Shown: in pieces, positions 18,087 through 25,947 of the stretch
Layout: every line of letters begins with the position of its first letter
How positions within the stretch are numbered: the first letter of the stretch is position 1
Origin: a virus
DNA: 64,000 bases
IMG/VR virus record: IMGVR_UViG_3300009151_003928
Location: 12,059 to 76,058 of that record
Strand: one strand, 5' to 3'
Translations under genes and position numbers: made by a program
Notes under the pieces: generated by a model
What the model was told of the DNA's origin: nothing
The model's database searches: none
What the model saw: the letters and a program-made list of their open reading frames with translations, nothing else

Positions 18087-19079
18087 ATGAGATATCTACT
18101 TGTTGACACCGCAAATACCTTTTTTCGTGCTAGACACGCCGCCCACCGCCAAGCCGATACCTGGGATAGGTTAGGATTTTCCATTCATGTAACGCTAAAT
18201 AGTGTTAGTAAGGCCTTTAGAGACCAAAAAGCTGACCACGTTATTTTCTGTTTGGAAGGTCGCTCGTGGCGCAAAGACTTTTACGCACCATATAAAGCCA
18301 ATCGTGCTGTAGCTCGTGCGGCACTCACAGAAAAAGAACAAGAAGAAGATCAATTATTTTGGGAATCGTTCGATAACCTAAAAGACTTTCTTGCAAATAA
18401 AACCAATTGTACAGTTTTGCAACACGGCAATTTAGAAGCAGATGATTTAATTGCTGGATGGATACAGAGCCACCCAGACGATCATCACACTATTGTATCT
18501 AGCGATACTGATTTTTATCAGTTACTTGCAGACAATGTAAATCAATATAACGGGATCGCAGATGAGCTCCATACTATTACGGGTATTTTCGACAAAAAAG
18601 GTAAAGCAGTCATCGATAAAAAAACTAAGGCGGCAAAAGTTATTCCGGACCCTAAGTGGATTTTATTTGAAAAATGTATGCGGGGAGACCCCACAGACAA
18701 TGTCTTTTCAGCTTACCCGGGAGTTCGGAAAAAAGGAACTAAAAGTAAAGTTGGTCTTGAAGAGGCCTTCGCGGACAGAGAGGCGAAAGGCTTTGCGTGG
18801 AACAATCTCATGCTCCAACGTTGGACAGACCATAACGAGTCTGAGCACAGAGTATTAGACGATTATAATCGTAATGTAACACTAGTGGATTTGTCTGCAC
18901 AACCAGATGATATTAAGCAACAAATAGCAGAAACTATTGCGGAAGGCGCAAAGCCACTTAGTCGCCCAATGGTAGGCGCACAGTTCTTAAAGTTTTGTGG
19001 CAAGTATGATTTAATTAAAATGTCAGAGCAGTCTGACAGTTATGTGCGTTTTCTAGAAAAACCTTACCCGGAGAAATAA
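18087..19079 (+). CDS. rnh: 5'-3' exonuclease / flap endonuclease (T4 RNase H-like)
   Basis: LLVD, WRK...YKANR, EADD, SSDTDF.QL, GD.TDN. Confidence 0.9.
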   Translation: MRYLLVDTANTFFRARHAAHRQADTWDRLGFSIHVTLNSVSKAFRDQKADHVIFCLEGRSWRKDFYAPYKANRAVARAALTEKEQEEDQLFWESFDNLKDFLANKTNCTVLQHGNLEADDLIAGWIQSHPDDHHTIVSSDTDFYQLLADNVNQYNGIADELHTITGIFDKKGKAVIDKKTKAAKVIPDPKWILFEKCMRGDPTDNVFSAYPGVRKKGTKSKVGLEEAFADREAKGFAWNNLMLQRWTDHNESEHRVLDDYNRNVTLVDLSAQPDDIKQQIAETIAEGAKPLSRPMVGAQFLKFCGKYDLIKMSEQSDSYVRFLEKPYPEK

Positions 19080-19080
19080 T

Positions 19081-19248
19081 ATGGATAGTATTGTACGTTG
19101 GTATCAACAAAATTACACAGAAATCACTTGGTTCATTATCGGTTGGCTATCATTGGATATGATACACGAATTTAGTCGTGGCAACTACGAAGGCATGGCC
19201 ATTGACGCAATTCTTATTATTCTTAACTATTTTCTAAATAAAAAATGA
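19081..19248 (+). CDS. 55-aa membrane protein (not in ORF track)
   Basis: MDSIVRWYQQNYTEITWFIIGWL...; SD ggaga. Confidence 0.6.
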   Translation: MDSIVRWYQQNYTEITWFIIGWLSLDMIHEFSRGNYEGMAIDAILIILNYFLNKK

Positions 19249-19436
19249 CATTTAAAGAAATACTCGTTGGTATTATTTTTCTCATCGCAGTGATATTTGC
19301 AATGACTGGGTCATGGGACGATAAAAATTTACGTAAGGTTGCTTACGATTGTAGCCTATCGGAAATTAGTCCTGACTATCCCATTCAAGTAAAAGAAGCA
19401 TGTCGCAAAATGAGAGCCGAGAGGAGTACTAGATGA
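19245..19436 (+). CDS. Small membrane protein
   Basis: TM helix then YDCSLSEISPDYP..VKEACRK. Confidence 0.65.
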   Translation: MTFKEILVGIIFLIAVIFAMTGSWDDKNLRKVAYDCSLSEISPDYPIQVKEACRKMRAERSTR

Positions 19437-19792
19437 ATACTGTAATTATTTTACTTGCACTATTTGGTATAAAACATTTTATAGCCGACTTTGTGCTACA
19501 GTTTGATTATATGCTTGGACAAAAAGGCACGTATGGTGCTGAGGGCGGTAGAGATCATGCTGGCATACATGGAGCATTAACTGCCTTGCTTCTATTGCCG
19601 TTTGTAAATCCAATGTCAGCACTAATGTTTGGTCTGCTTGATATGATTTTACATTATCACATCGACTGGGCTAAAACAAATTTAAGTCGTGGGTTGTCCA
19701 CGTCAGACCGTAGGTTCTGGATATGGCTAGGAGCAGATCAATGTTTGCACCACCTTACCTACATTTTAATTATAGGAATAATTGTATTATGA
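19433..19792 (+). CDS. DUF3307-like membrane protein
   Basis: KHFIADFVLQ, H..IH, HYHID, ADQ.LH. Confidence 0.8.
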   Translation: MNTVIILLALFGIKHFIADFVLQFDYMLGQKGTYGAEGGRDHAGIHGALTALLLLPFVNPMSALMFGLLDMILHYHIDWAKTNLSRGLSTSDRRFWIWLGADQCLHHLTYILIIGIIVL

Positions 19793-20271
19793 CTGAAGAA
19801 CTAATTGCGAAACCAATTGTAAAGAACAAGATGTGGATTGTTGAGCTGTACGGCAACAAGGTAGGAAACATCATGGCCATTGAAGAAGGCGGATTTGTTT
19901 ATGTACACGATAATAAACGTGAACAATTTCCTTCCATTAAGATGATCAGTGCCAAATATAATATCTCGTTTGTTAAGGCAGAAAAGCCCGTTAAAGAAAA
20001 ACTTGATGTTTATGATGTATATGGCTTTCCTGCCGCAAGTAGACCGCATAATGAAGTATTAGACGTTCAACGTTATTTGCCTATCTATACTAAAGGTGCC
20101 AAATCCAAAAGTTTCTTTTGTGCAGGTCACTATATAATTAAATTTAGTAGCACATGGGTTCGTGCCCACTGTCCTAAACTGATTACACTAAATCGTTATG
20201 AATATCAAGGTCCGTTTAAAACACAAGAACGTATGCAAGAAGCCATGAAGGAAGCAAATGGACAGCACTAG
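19789..20271 (+). CDS. Hypothetical protein
   Basis: Start moved to ATG 19789. Confidence 0.65.
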   Translation: MTEELIAKPIVKNKMWIVELYGNKVGNIMAIEEGGFVYVHDNKREQFPSIKMISAKYNISFVKAEKPVKEKLDVYDVYGFPAASRPHNEVLDVQRYLPIYTKGAKSKSFFCAGHYIIKFSSTWVRAHCPKLITLNRYEYQGPFKTQERMQEAMKEANGQH

Positions 20272-20479
20272 TCTACCCTTACACGTTAAAAAGTTTAACG
20301 AAAAGGTTAGAGCCATGAATCAAAGTAATGGCAAATTGCTTACACTAAATGCCGAAGAAGCTCGCAGTTTACACGCCGAAATTTATGATTTGATGGCCAC
20401 AATAGCCGAATTATCAAAGGTCAGTGTTACTGCCCCAGGAATTACAAGTGTTAGTATGGATGGTGGAGGTTTTAAATAA
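20258..20479 (+). CDS. Hypothetical protein
   Basis: ORF ending MDGGGFK. Confidence 0.65.
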   Translation: MDSTSLPLHVKKFNEKVRAMNQSNGKLLTLNAEEARSLHAEIYDLMATIAELSKVSVTAPGITSVSMDGGGFK

Positions 20480-20495
20480 TGTGCGTATATATTGA

Positions 20496-20503
20496 GATAA
20501 ATA
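20496..20503 (+). promoter_or_regulatory. T4-like late promoter
   Basis: GATAAATA in intergenic gap, 27 nt before ATG 20531. Confidence 0.55.
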
Positions 20504-20530
20504 ATTAGTACATCAAGGATAGCTAAAAAA

Positions 20531-20818
20531 ATGTCAAGACCTAAACCAACCGTATTGTTGGACCATGTTAATAAAAGTACCTATAAGAGTGAGCAAGTTT
20601 TAGCCTCTGAGGGCATCTGGGCGGTCTTCTATGATAACCATCCTATTAACCTTAAGACCGCAAACGTACTCATTGCATACCCCGGTCCAAAATATAAAAA
20701 AGTAAGTTTTTCTAATAGCGGTCATGCTATCAACCTCTGCAAGAAACTAAACGTCTTGTTCAAGACTGACAAGTTCTCTGTTGTCTTGCTTAAAGCCGGT
20801 GACAAAATCTTCCCCTGA
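20531..20818 (+). CDS. Conserved hypothetical phage protein
   Basis: MSRPKP...GPKYKKVSFSN; SD aagga. Confidence 0.7.
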   Translation: MSRPKPTVLLDHVNKSTYKSEQVLASEGIWAVFYDNHPINLKTANVLIAYPGPKYKKVSFSNSGHAINLCKKLNVLFKTDKFSVVLLKAGDKIFP

Positions 20819-21185
20819 TAAACGGTATACACAAAATCAGCTTACTAAAGTATTTGTAAAGCTGGGCGATATACCTAGCGCCACTACAAGTGAAATGCAG
20901 ATGCGTTGGTGGAAGAATCCAACTGATCCACATAGCCTTAGGCTTAGCCTTCAAGGCTTACAGCTTGTTAAGGCTGTACTTAAAATGCAAAGTTACGAAT
21001 TTGAACTTGCAGAAGAACTTACAAATCTCAACTTACTGCAATTAGAACGGTATCTTAAAGGTCCGTACTACTTGCTTAAACGTCAAAAAATAATTGTATT
21101 CGAAGAGGAGGAGGCATTGATGCTCACACTTCACGGAAACAACTTAAAAAGTTATTTAGAAAATTTAGAAAGCAATCATGATTAA
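20781..21185 (+). CDS. Hypothetical protein
   Basis: ORF track; start uncertain. Confidence 0.6.
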   Translation: MSCLKPVTKSSPDKRYTQNQLTKVFVKLGDIPSATTSEMQMRWWKNPTDPHSLRLSLQGLQLVKAVLKMQSYEFELAEELTNLNLLQLERYLKGPYYLLKRQKIIVFEEEEALMLTLHGNNLKSYLENLESNHD

Positions 21186-21346
21186 TGTATGTGTAGTCGG
21201 CGGAGGATTTGGACTTGGCAGACACGTTCTTTAAGACTAAAAATCAAGTTGGACAGGCTCGTGCTAAACTAATGCCTAACCAAGTTGAATGGCTCAAGCA
21301 AATTGGCGCCGACTTAACCAAAATCATTGACAGTTCTGTGATATGA
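21178..21346 (+). pseudogene. Possible internally deleted flavin-dependent oxidoreductase remnant
   Basis: MINVCVVGGGFG Rossmann-like start stops after 18 aa; a second frame runs 21215-21346. Confidence 0.4.
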
Positions 21347-21355
21347 TGTTACATT
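21327..21355 (+). promoter_or_regulatory. Sigma70 promoter for the ParB-like/HNH cassette
   Basis: TTGACA-17-TACATT with extended TG. Confidence 0.6.
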
Positions 21356-21414
21356 ATTAACTGTAGCAAGTTTAACCAATCCCGTATTGTTCGGGTAATG
21401 AAGGAGAAAGTAAA

Positions 21415-22470
21415 ATGGCCCAAAAACGCCTTGTCCGTAAATTCACGGAAGTTGTAGCAGAAGTAGAATCACAGCTCAAAGCACACTACGAAGTCACAGA
21501 TAAAGATCTAGCGACTTGGAGAGCTAGAGCAAAAGCTCTAGTACACACATTCCCACATAGTACCATGATTACCATAGAAGATCTTTGGATCGACTATGAA
21601 GTTCAGCGTGACGTTATTCACAAGCACGTGATCAATATTATGAAGAAATGGGATCCACGCATTTGCAGTCCAGGATCGGCCTGCCGTATCAAGGGCAGTA
21701 ACATCTATCTTTATGATGCACAACATCGTACACTTGCCGCGGCCATCCTTGGCTACACAGAAATTCCCTGCGCCGTAGTAGAAACAGACGATCCAAACTT
21801 TGCGTCGTATGCATTTGAAATGCTAAACGATACCGGTGTTAAAAGATTAAACCCAGGCGACTTGCATCGCAATGCCTTGGTTCGCTACAAGAACGGTAGC
21901 CGTGATATCAAGAACGTTCGTGCCAGAATAATGCAGGATCAGTTCGATACGTTAGAAATTGACTTGCAAGACAAAGGTTCACGTGCCAGTGATAACTTAC
22001 GTGGTGATCACGATTACTTCTTTAGTCACTTCAAGTATGCACAAAAGGGCATTGAACTAGATGAGTCTGGCAAAATTCTGAATCAGATTCTCAGTGCTGT
22101 TAAAACAGTATTCCCGATGCAGGAAGAAATTGATCAAGGTTGTTATATCGGCCTAGTAGAACTACAACGCCTAGTGGGTACCAATCCCACACAATACAAT
22201 CTGTCCAACGACTGGATGATCCAAGTATTGACCACTGCTAGAAAGTCATTCAAAAGCTCGGGACTGGTACATTCTAAATCTAAAACACAATGGGAATACA
22301 GTCACCCAGGTGCAGGATGGAATGCTCCGCTTGCAATGAGTAACTTCCTGCGTGAGTTGCATATACGCAATGGCGGTAGCCTGAATTTACCATTCCACGG
22401 TGATGCCAGCAAGACCGGAATTGAGGATGGTAATGTTGCACCAGGACTATTTCCACAGGAGACAGTCTAA
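21415..22470 (+). CDS. ParB/sulfiredoxin-like N-terminal domain protein
   Basis: IDYEVQRD...WDPR...YDAQHRTLAA; SD aaggag. Confidence 0.7.
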   Translation: MAQKRLVRKFTEVVAEVESQLKAHYEVTDKDLATWRARAKALVHTFPHSTMITIEDLWIDYEVQRDVIHKHVINIMKKWDPRICSPGSACRIKGSNIYLYDAQHRTLAAAILGYTEIPCAVVETDDPNFASYAFEMLNDTGVKRLNPGDLHRNALVRYKNGSRDIKNVRARIMQDQFDTLEIDLQDKGSRASDNLRGDHDYFFSHFKYAQKGIELDESGKILNQILSAVKTVFPMQEEIDQGCYIGLVELQRLVGTNPTQYNLSNDWMIQVLTTARKSFKSSGLVHSKSKTQWEYSHPGAGWNAPLAMSNFLRELHIRNGGSLNLPFHGDASKTGIEDGNVAPGLFPQETV

Positions 22471-22886
22471 TGGCTAATATTACATTAGTAACAAAACTAG
22501 CACCCAAGTGTTCATTGCCTGGGTGCAATAACCAAGTATCGTATCATAAACAATATCCTAAACTCGATGGTACTGTGGGATTTAAATGGAAAACCATGTG
22601 TGAAGAACATCGTGGTTCTAAAAAATACGAAGTAGATAACTTCAAGTTGAGCAACGGTTGTGCTAACCGCAATGGATCGGAGTATGAATTTCCTTGTGGT
22701 TCAACTATAACTTATGCAGGACAGATTGACATCAATCACAAGGATGGTAATCGTCAAAATACTGATCCAGCAAATGTTGAATGTCTTTGCCGTAATTGCC
22801 ATTCTCGTGTCACACACGAAAAGAAACATCATTTAAATCGTTACAACACAGAAATACCTTTGCCAGATGGGTTTGATTATGCTTAA
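22470..22886 (+). CDS. HNH endonuclease
   Basis: INHKDGNRQNT...NVECLCRNCH. Confidence 0.8.
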   Translation: MANITLVTKLAPKCSLPGCNNQVSYHKQYPKLDGTVGFKWKTMCEEHRGSKKYEVDNFKLSNGCANRNGSEYEFPCGSTITYAGQIDINHKDGNRQNTDPANVECLCRNCHSRVTHEKKHHLNRYNTEIPLPDGFDYA

Positions 22887-23436
22887 AGAATCATTGGAAA
22901 AATTTATAGTACCCAATTACGGCAAGACACGTCGTACACCTGAAACTTATCAGACCGTGGCCTCTTACTGTACTCGACGTATTGGTCAACTAGTTCAAGA
23001 TTATCATGCTGTGGAAAATGATCAACAGCTATTGCGAGAAATACGCAATGATATTGATTACTATCTACGCAGATATCACGAGTACTGTATTGAACAACGT
23101 GATGGCATGGAAGCACACTATCACGAAGTAGATGCTGATGAAGAATGGGATTTTGAGCATTTGATCCCGGCCAAGATTTTGCGAGATTTATTGCTGGGCA
23201 ATGTTATCTCAATTTCCCAAGCTCTAAACCCACCTACAGTAAAATTAAGCCGTGCAAAACACATGGCTTTAAAAGATGCAGGTTGGGCAAGCAAAACACC
23301 CAGCATCTGGTTGCCGTTTACGCGATATTCAAACGTGTTTACTGCCATGTATCAAACTCACGATGGTACTGTGATTGATCCGGCCACATGGACCTTGGAA
23401 AATCACTTCGAGTACTTTAAGCATTTGGTGTTGTAA
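22879..23436 (+). CDS. Hypothetical protein with EHxxP (His-Me finger-like) motif
   Basis: WDFEHLIP; start placed at MLKES. Confidence 0.6.
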   Translation: MLKESLEKFIVPNYGKTRRTPETYQTVASYCTRRIGQLVQDYHAVENDQQLLREIRNDIDYYLRRYHEYCIEQRDGMEAHYHEVDADEEWDFEHLIPAKILRDLLLGNVISISQALNPPTVKLSRAKHMALKDAGWASKTPSIWLPFTRYSNVFTAMYQTHDGTVIDPATWTLENHFEYFKHLVL

Positions 23437-23446
23437 AAACGCCACA
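23429..23446 (+). promoter_or_regulatory. TGT-N12-ACA dyad, copy 2
   Basis: TGTTGT-AAAAAC-GCCACA. Confidence 0.6.
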
Positions 23447-23460
23447 CTCAAACCCCCGCT

Positions 23461-23487
23461 AAAACCCCGCTAAAAACGGGGTTTTTT
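23461..23487 (+). terminator. Intrinsic terminator (possibly bidirectional)
   Basis: AAAACCCCG-CTAAAAA-CGGGGTTTT plus T tract. Confidence 0.8.
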
Positions 23488-23503
23488 GCTGGCAAAATTT
23501 TGG

Positions 23504-23532
23504 TTGTGCCATAAATCCATTAAATGTATAAT
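23504..23532 (+). promoter_or_regulatory. Early sigma70 promoter
   Basis: TTGTGC-17-TATAAT; spacer nearly identical to the 10151-10168 spacer. Confidence 0.7.
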
Positions 23533-23564
23533 AGTTGTATTGAAGTTAATAAACAGGAGCTAAA

Positions 23565-23828
23565 ATGTTGAAATTTGCAAATATCGCTAAAGTTGGTGAC
23601 ACTATCCGTGCATATGATTTCAAACCCATGACAGGTCGCGAAGACTGTTATGTTGAAGGTGTTGTTAAGAAAGTTGACAACCGTGGTTATGACTGTTTTG
23701 TAATTGACGTTACTTACGATTCTTGGAGTGACGCAGAAGATAAAGGCCGTGTTGGCAAAGAAGTTCTTGTTCCGTTTGAAGTTAGCTTCATGGAATATGA
23801 CGCTCGTGTTATGAATTTGAGCCGTTAA
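23565..23828 (+). CDS. Hypothetical early protein (SH3-like beta)
   Basis: KVGDTIRAYDF...YVEGVV; SD aggag. Confidence 0.7.
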   Translation: MLKFANIAKVGDTIRAYDFKPMTGREDCYVEGVVKKVDNRGYDCFVIDVTYDSWSDAEDKGRVGKEVLVPFEVSFMEYDARVMNLSR

Positions 23829-24166
23829 TGAATCAAGGTAATACTTTTTTATTGAGCTGGGATCAGCTGGGTCTTGAGGCTGTGGTCAACGTCACAGCAA
23901 TGGACGCAGAGCGTACCTGGGCCACACTACAAGACAAACCAGGTCCAAATCTCAACAGTATTGTCAACGGCATTATGCTCAGAGCTCGTTATAACAGTCA
24001 GCGCCATTACGAGATTTATACAGTAAATATGGATGACAGTATTTCCGAGCAAGATGTGCGTGACATGTTTGAAACCAGCCCTCAAGCAATGGCCGACCTA
24101 ATTCGTGAGCGCGGCCACAAGATGTACAGTGATCGTGTCGACCATTCACAAGTAAAGATTGTTTAA
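23828..24166 (+). CDS. Hypothetical protein
   Basis: LRARYNSQRHYEIY. Confidence 0.7.
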   Translation: MNQGNTFLLSWDQLGLEAVVNVTAMDAERTWATLQDKPGPNLNSIVNGIMLRARYNSQRHYEIYTVNMDDSISEQDVRDMFETSPQAMADLIRERGHKMYSDRVDHSQVKIV

Positions 24167-24211
24167 TGTTGCATAAAAGCGACAGACAGTTAAATTGTTT
24201 TAATATACAAT
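24167..24211 (+). promoter_or_regulatory. Early promoter with TGT-N12-ACA dyad, copy 3
   Basis: TGTTGC-ATAAAA-GCGACA overlapping CAGACA-17-TACAAT. Confidence 0.75.
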
Positions 24212-24246
24212 GTAGTTTCAGTAGTTAATTTTTTAAGGAGCCTGTG

Positions 24247-25353
24247 ATGAGTACTAGTATTAGTGAGAATAGAACCGTAACGCCAAATGAATGCCGTAGC
24301 CGTTTGCTTCGTGCATTTAAAGTCAAACGCCCAGTGTTTATTTGGGGGCCTCCCGGAGTGGGTAAGTCAGAGCTAGTTGCTAGCCTTGCTACCGAACTTG
24401 GTGGTATTTGTATTGACTTGCGGTTGGGACAAATGGAGCCCACCGATTTGCGTGGTATCCCGTTTTACAACAAAGAAAATGGCAAGATGGACTGGGCAGA
24501 ACCAGTGGAGATGCCTAGTGAAGAAATGGCCAAGGAGCATCCAATCGTTGTCTTGTTCCTGGACGAGATGAACGTGGCGGCACCTGCTGTACAAGCGGCG
24601 GCTTATCAGCTAATTTTGAATCGTAGACTTGGTACCTATCATCTACCAAAGAACGTAGTACTAGTTGCCGCAGGTAACCGCGAAAGCGACAAGGGTGTAA
24701 GTTTCCGTATGCCAATGCCGTTGGCAAACCGGTTTGTTCACTTGGAAGTACGTGCAGATTATGATTCATGGAACGAGTGGGCTGTTAAGAATCGTGTACA
24801 CAAAGACGTAGTAGGTTACATCGGTTTTGCTAAACAAGACTTGATGGACTTTAACCCACGTTCAAGTTCACGTGCCTTTGCTACACCACGTTCGTGGAGC
24901 TTTGTATCAGAGTTCTTGTACGACGAAGATGCAACAGACGGCGAATTGAGCGACTTGATCTCGGGTACCATTGGAGACGGATTGGGCGTTAAGTTTATGG
25001 CACACCGCAAGGTTGCAAGCCGTATGCCTAACCCAAGTGATATCTTGGCAGGTAAGGTTAAAACCTTGGAAGTTAAAGAAGTGAGTGCTATGTATTCTTT
25101 GACTGTATCCATGTGCTATGAACTTCAGGATAACTATGCCAAACTTGGCAAAGAAAAGATTGCAATATGGCACGGACAAGCTGATAACTTCTTCCGCTTT
25201 ATGATGGATAATTTCAGTACTGAGTTGGTTGTTATGGGTGCTCGTGTTGCGTTGACTACTTATAACTTGCCACTGGTCCCAGGCAAGCTCAAGAACTTTG
25301 ATGAGTTCCATAAGCGTTATGGCAAGTACATTATCGCGGCAGGCGGTAAGTAA
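24247..25353 (+). CDS. MoxR-like AAA+ ATPase
   Basis: WGPPGVGKS, LFLDE, AAGNR, LANRF, ATPRSW. Confidence 0.9.
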   Translation: MSTSISENRTVTPNECRSRLLRAFKVKRPVFIWGPPGVGKSELVASLATELGGICIDLRLGQMEPTDLRGIPFYNKENGKMDWAEPVEMPSEEMAKEHPIVVLFLDEMNVAAPAVQAAAYQLILNRRLGTYHLPKNVVLVAAGNRESDKGVSFRMPMPLANRFVHLEVRADYDSWNEWAVKNRVHKDVVGYIGFAKQDLMDFNPRSSSRAFATPRSWSFVSEFLYDEDATDGELSDLISGTIGDGLGVKFMAHRKVASRMPNPSDILAGKVKTLEVKEVSAMYSLTVSMCYELQDNYAKLGKEKIAIWHGQADNFFRFMMDNFSTELVVMGARVALTTYNLPLVPGKLKNFDEFHKRYGKYIIAAGGK

Positions 25354-25372
25354 AAGGTTGCTGTCACAGGCA

Positions 25373-25399
25373 GGGGGCAGGCGCAAGCCATAAGTCCTC
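25373..25399 (+). other. GNRA-capped stem-loop with asymmetric internal loop
   Basis: GGGGGC-A-GGC(GCAA)GCC-AUAA-GUCCUC. Confidence 0.5.
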
Positions 25400-25408
25400 C
25401 TTATTCTT

Positions 25409-25600
25409 ATGAACTATGACTTTTGCCCAGAACTAGATAGCCCAGGAATTTGCGTAATCTTAGACCGTAAATGGTGGATAGATCACAAGGACGCAATTGG
25501 TGCTTGGCTAGGTGAAGAAAGAATAGCATTAGGACAAATGATGTTATACATTCCCAATCCAGAGGATCGAACTTACTTTATGCTTAGGTGGCCACAATGA
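25409..25600 (+). CDS. Hypothetical protein
   Basis: ORF ending FMLRWPQ. Confidence 0.6.
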   Translation: MNYDFCPELDSPGICVILDRKWWIDHKDAIGAWLGEERIALGQMMLYIPNPEDRTYFMLRWPQ

Positions 25601-25872
25601 TCATTGAAGCAGTCTTATTAGTAGTTGGTGTAGCAAGTGTGGCAAGTACCGAGATTACTGGTAAAGGCCTAGCCGACCATGCAATTAGCAAGATGGCCGA
25701 CCAGGATTGTAAGATTGCCAATGTAATACACGGAGAACGTGTATGTGATCCCAAAGGCACGGTTACAGTATCTGCTCCGTTAAGTGAGCCACAAATACCT
25801 CCAAGGAAAGGTGTAAATACATCTGTAAGCAACATGGAAGATATCTTTGCCCAGCGAAAAGCACTAAAATAA
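25588..25872 (+). CDS. Small exported/membrane protein
   Basis: Hydrophobic N-terminus; TGK..ADHAIS...QDC. Confidence 0.6.
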   Translation: MATMIIEAVLLVVGVASVASTEITGKGLADHAISKMADQDCKIANVIHGERVCDPKGTVTVSAPLSEPQIPPRKGVNTSVSNMEDIFAQRKALK

Positions 25873-25873
25873 C

Positions 25874-25918
25874 CGTTGTAAAAAAGCCACAGACCTATTA
25901 TTCAATTAAATGTATAAT
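25874..25918 (+). promoter_or_regulatory. Early promoter with dyad, copy 4
   Basis: CGTTGT-AAAAAA-GCCACA overlapping CAGACC-17-TATAAT. Confidence 0.75.
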
Positions 25919-25947
25919 ATTAGTATATTAGAAATTTAGGAGCCCAA

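Noticed and set aside
23450-23476. Tandem aaaccccgct copies as iterons of a replication origin
   Set aside because: Only two copies, and the second is the 5' arm of the terminator; more likely a local duplication.
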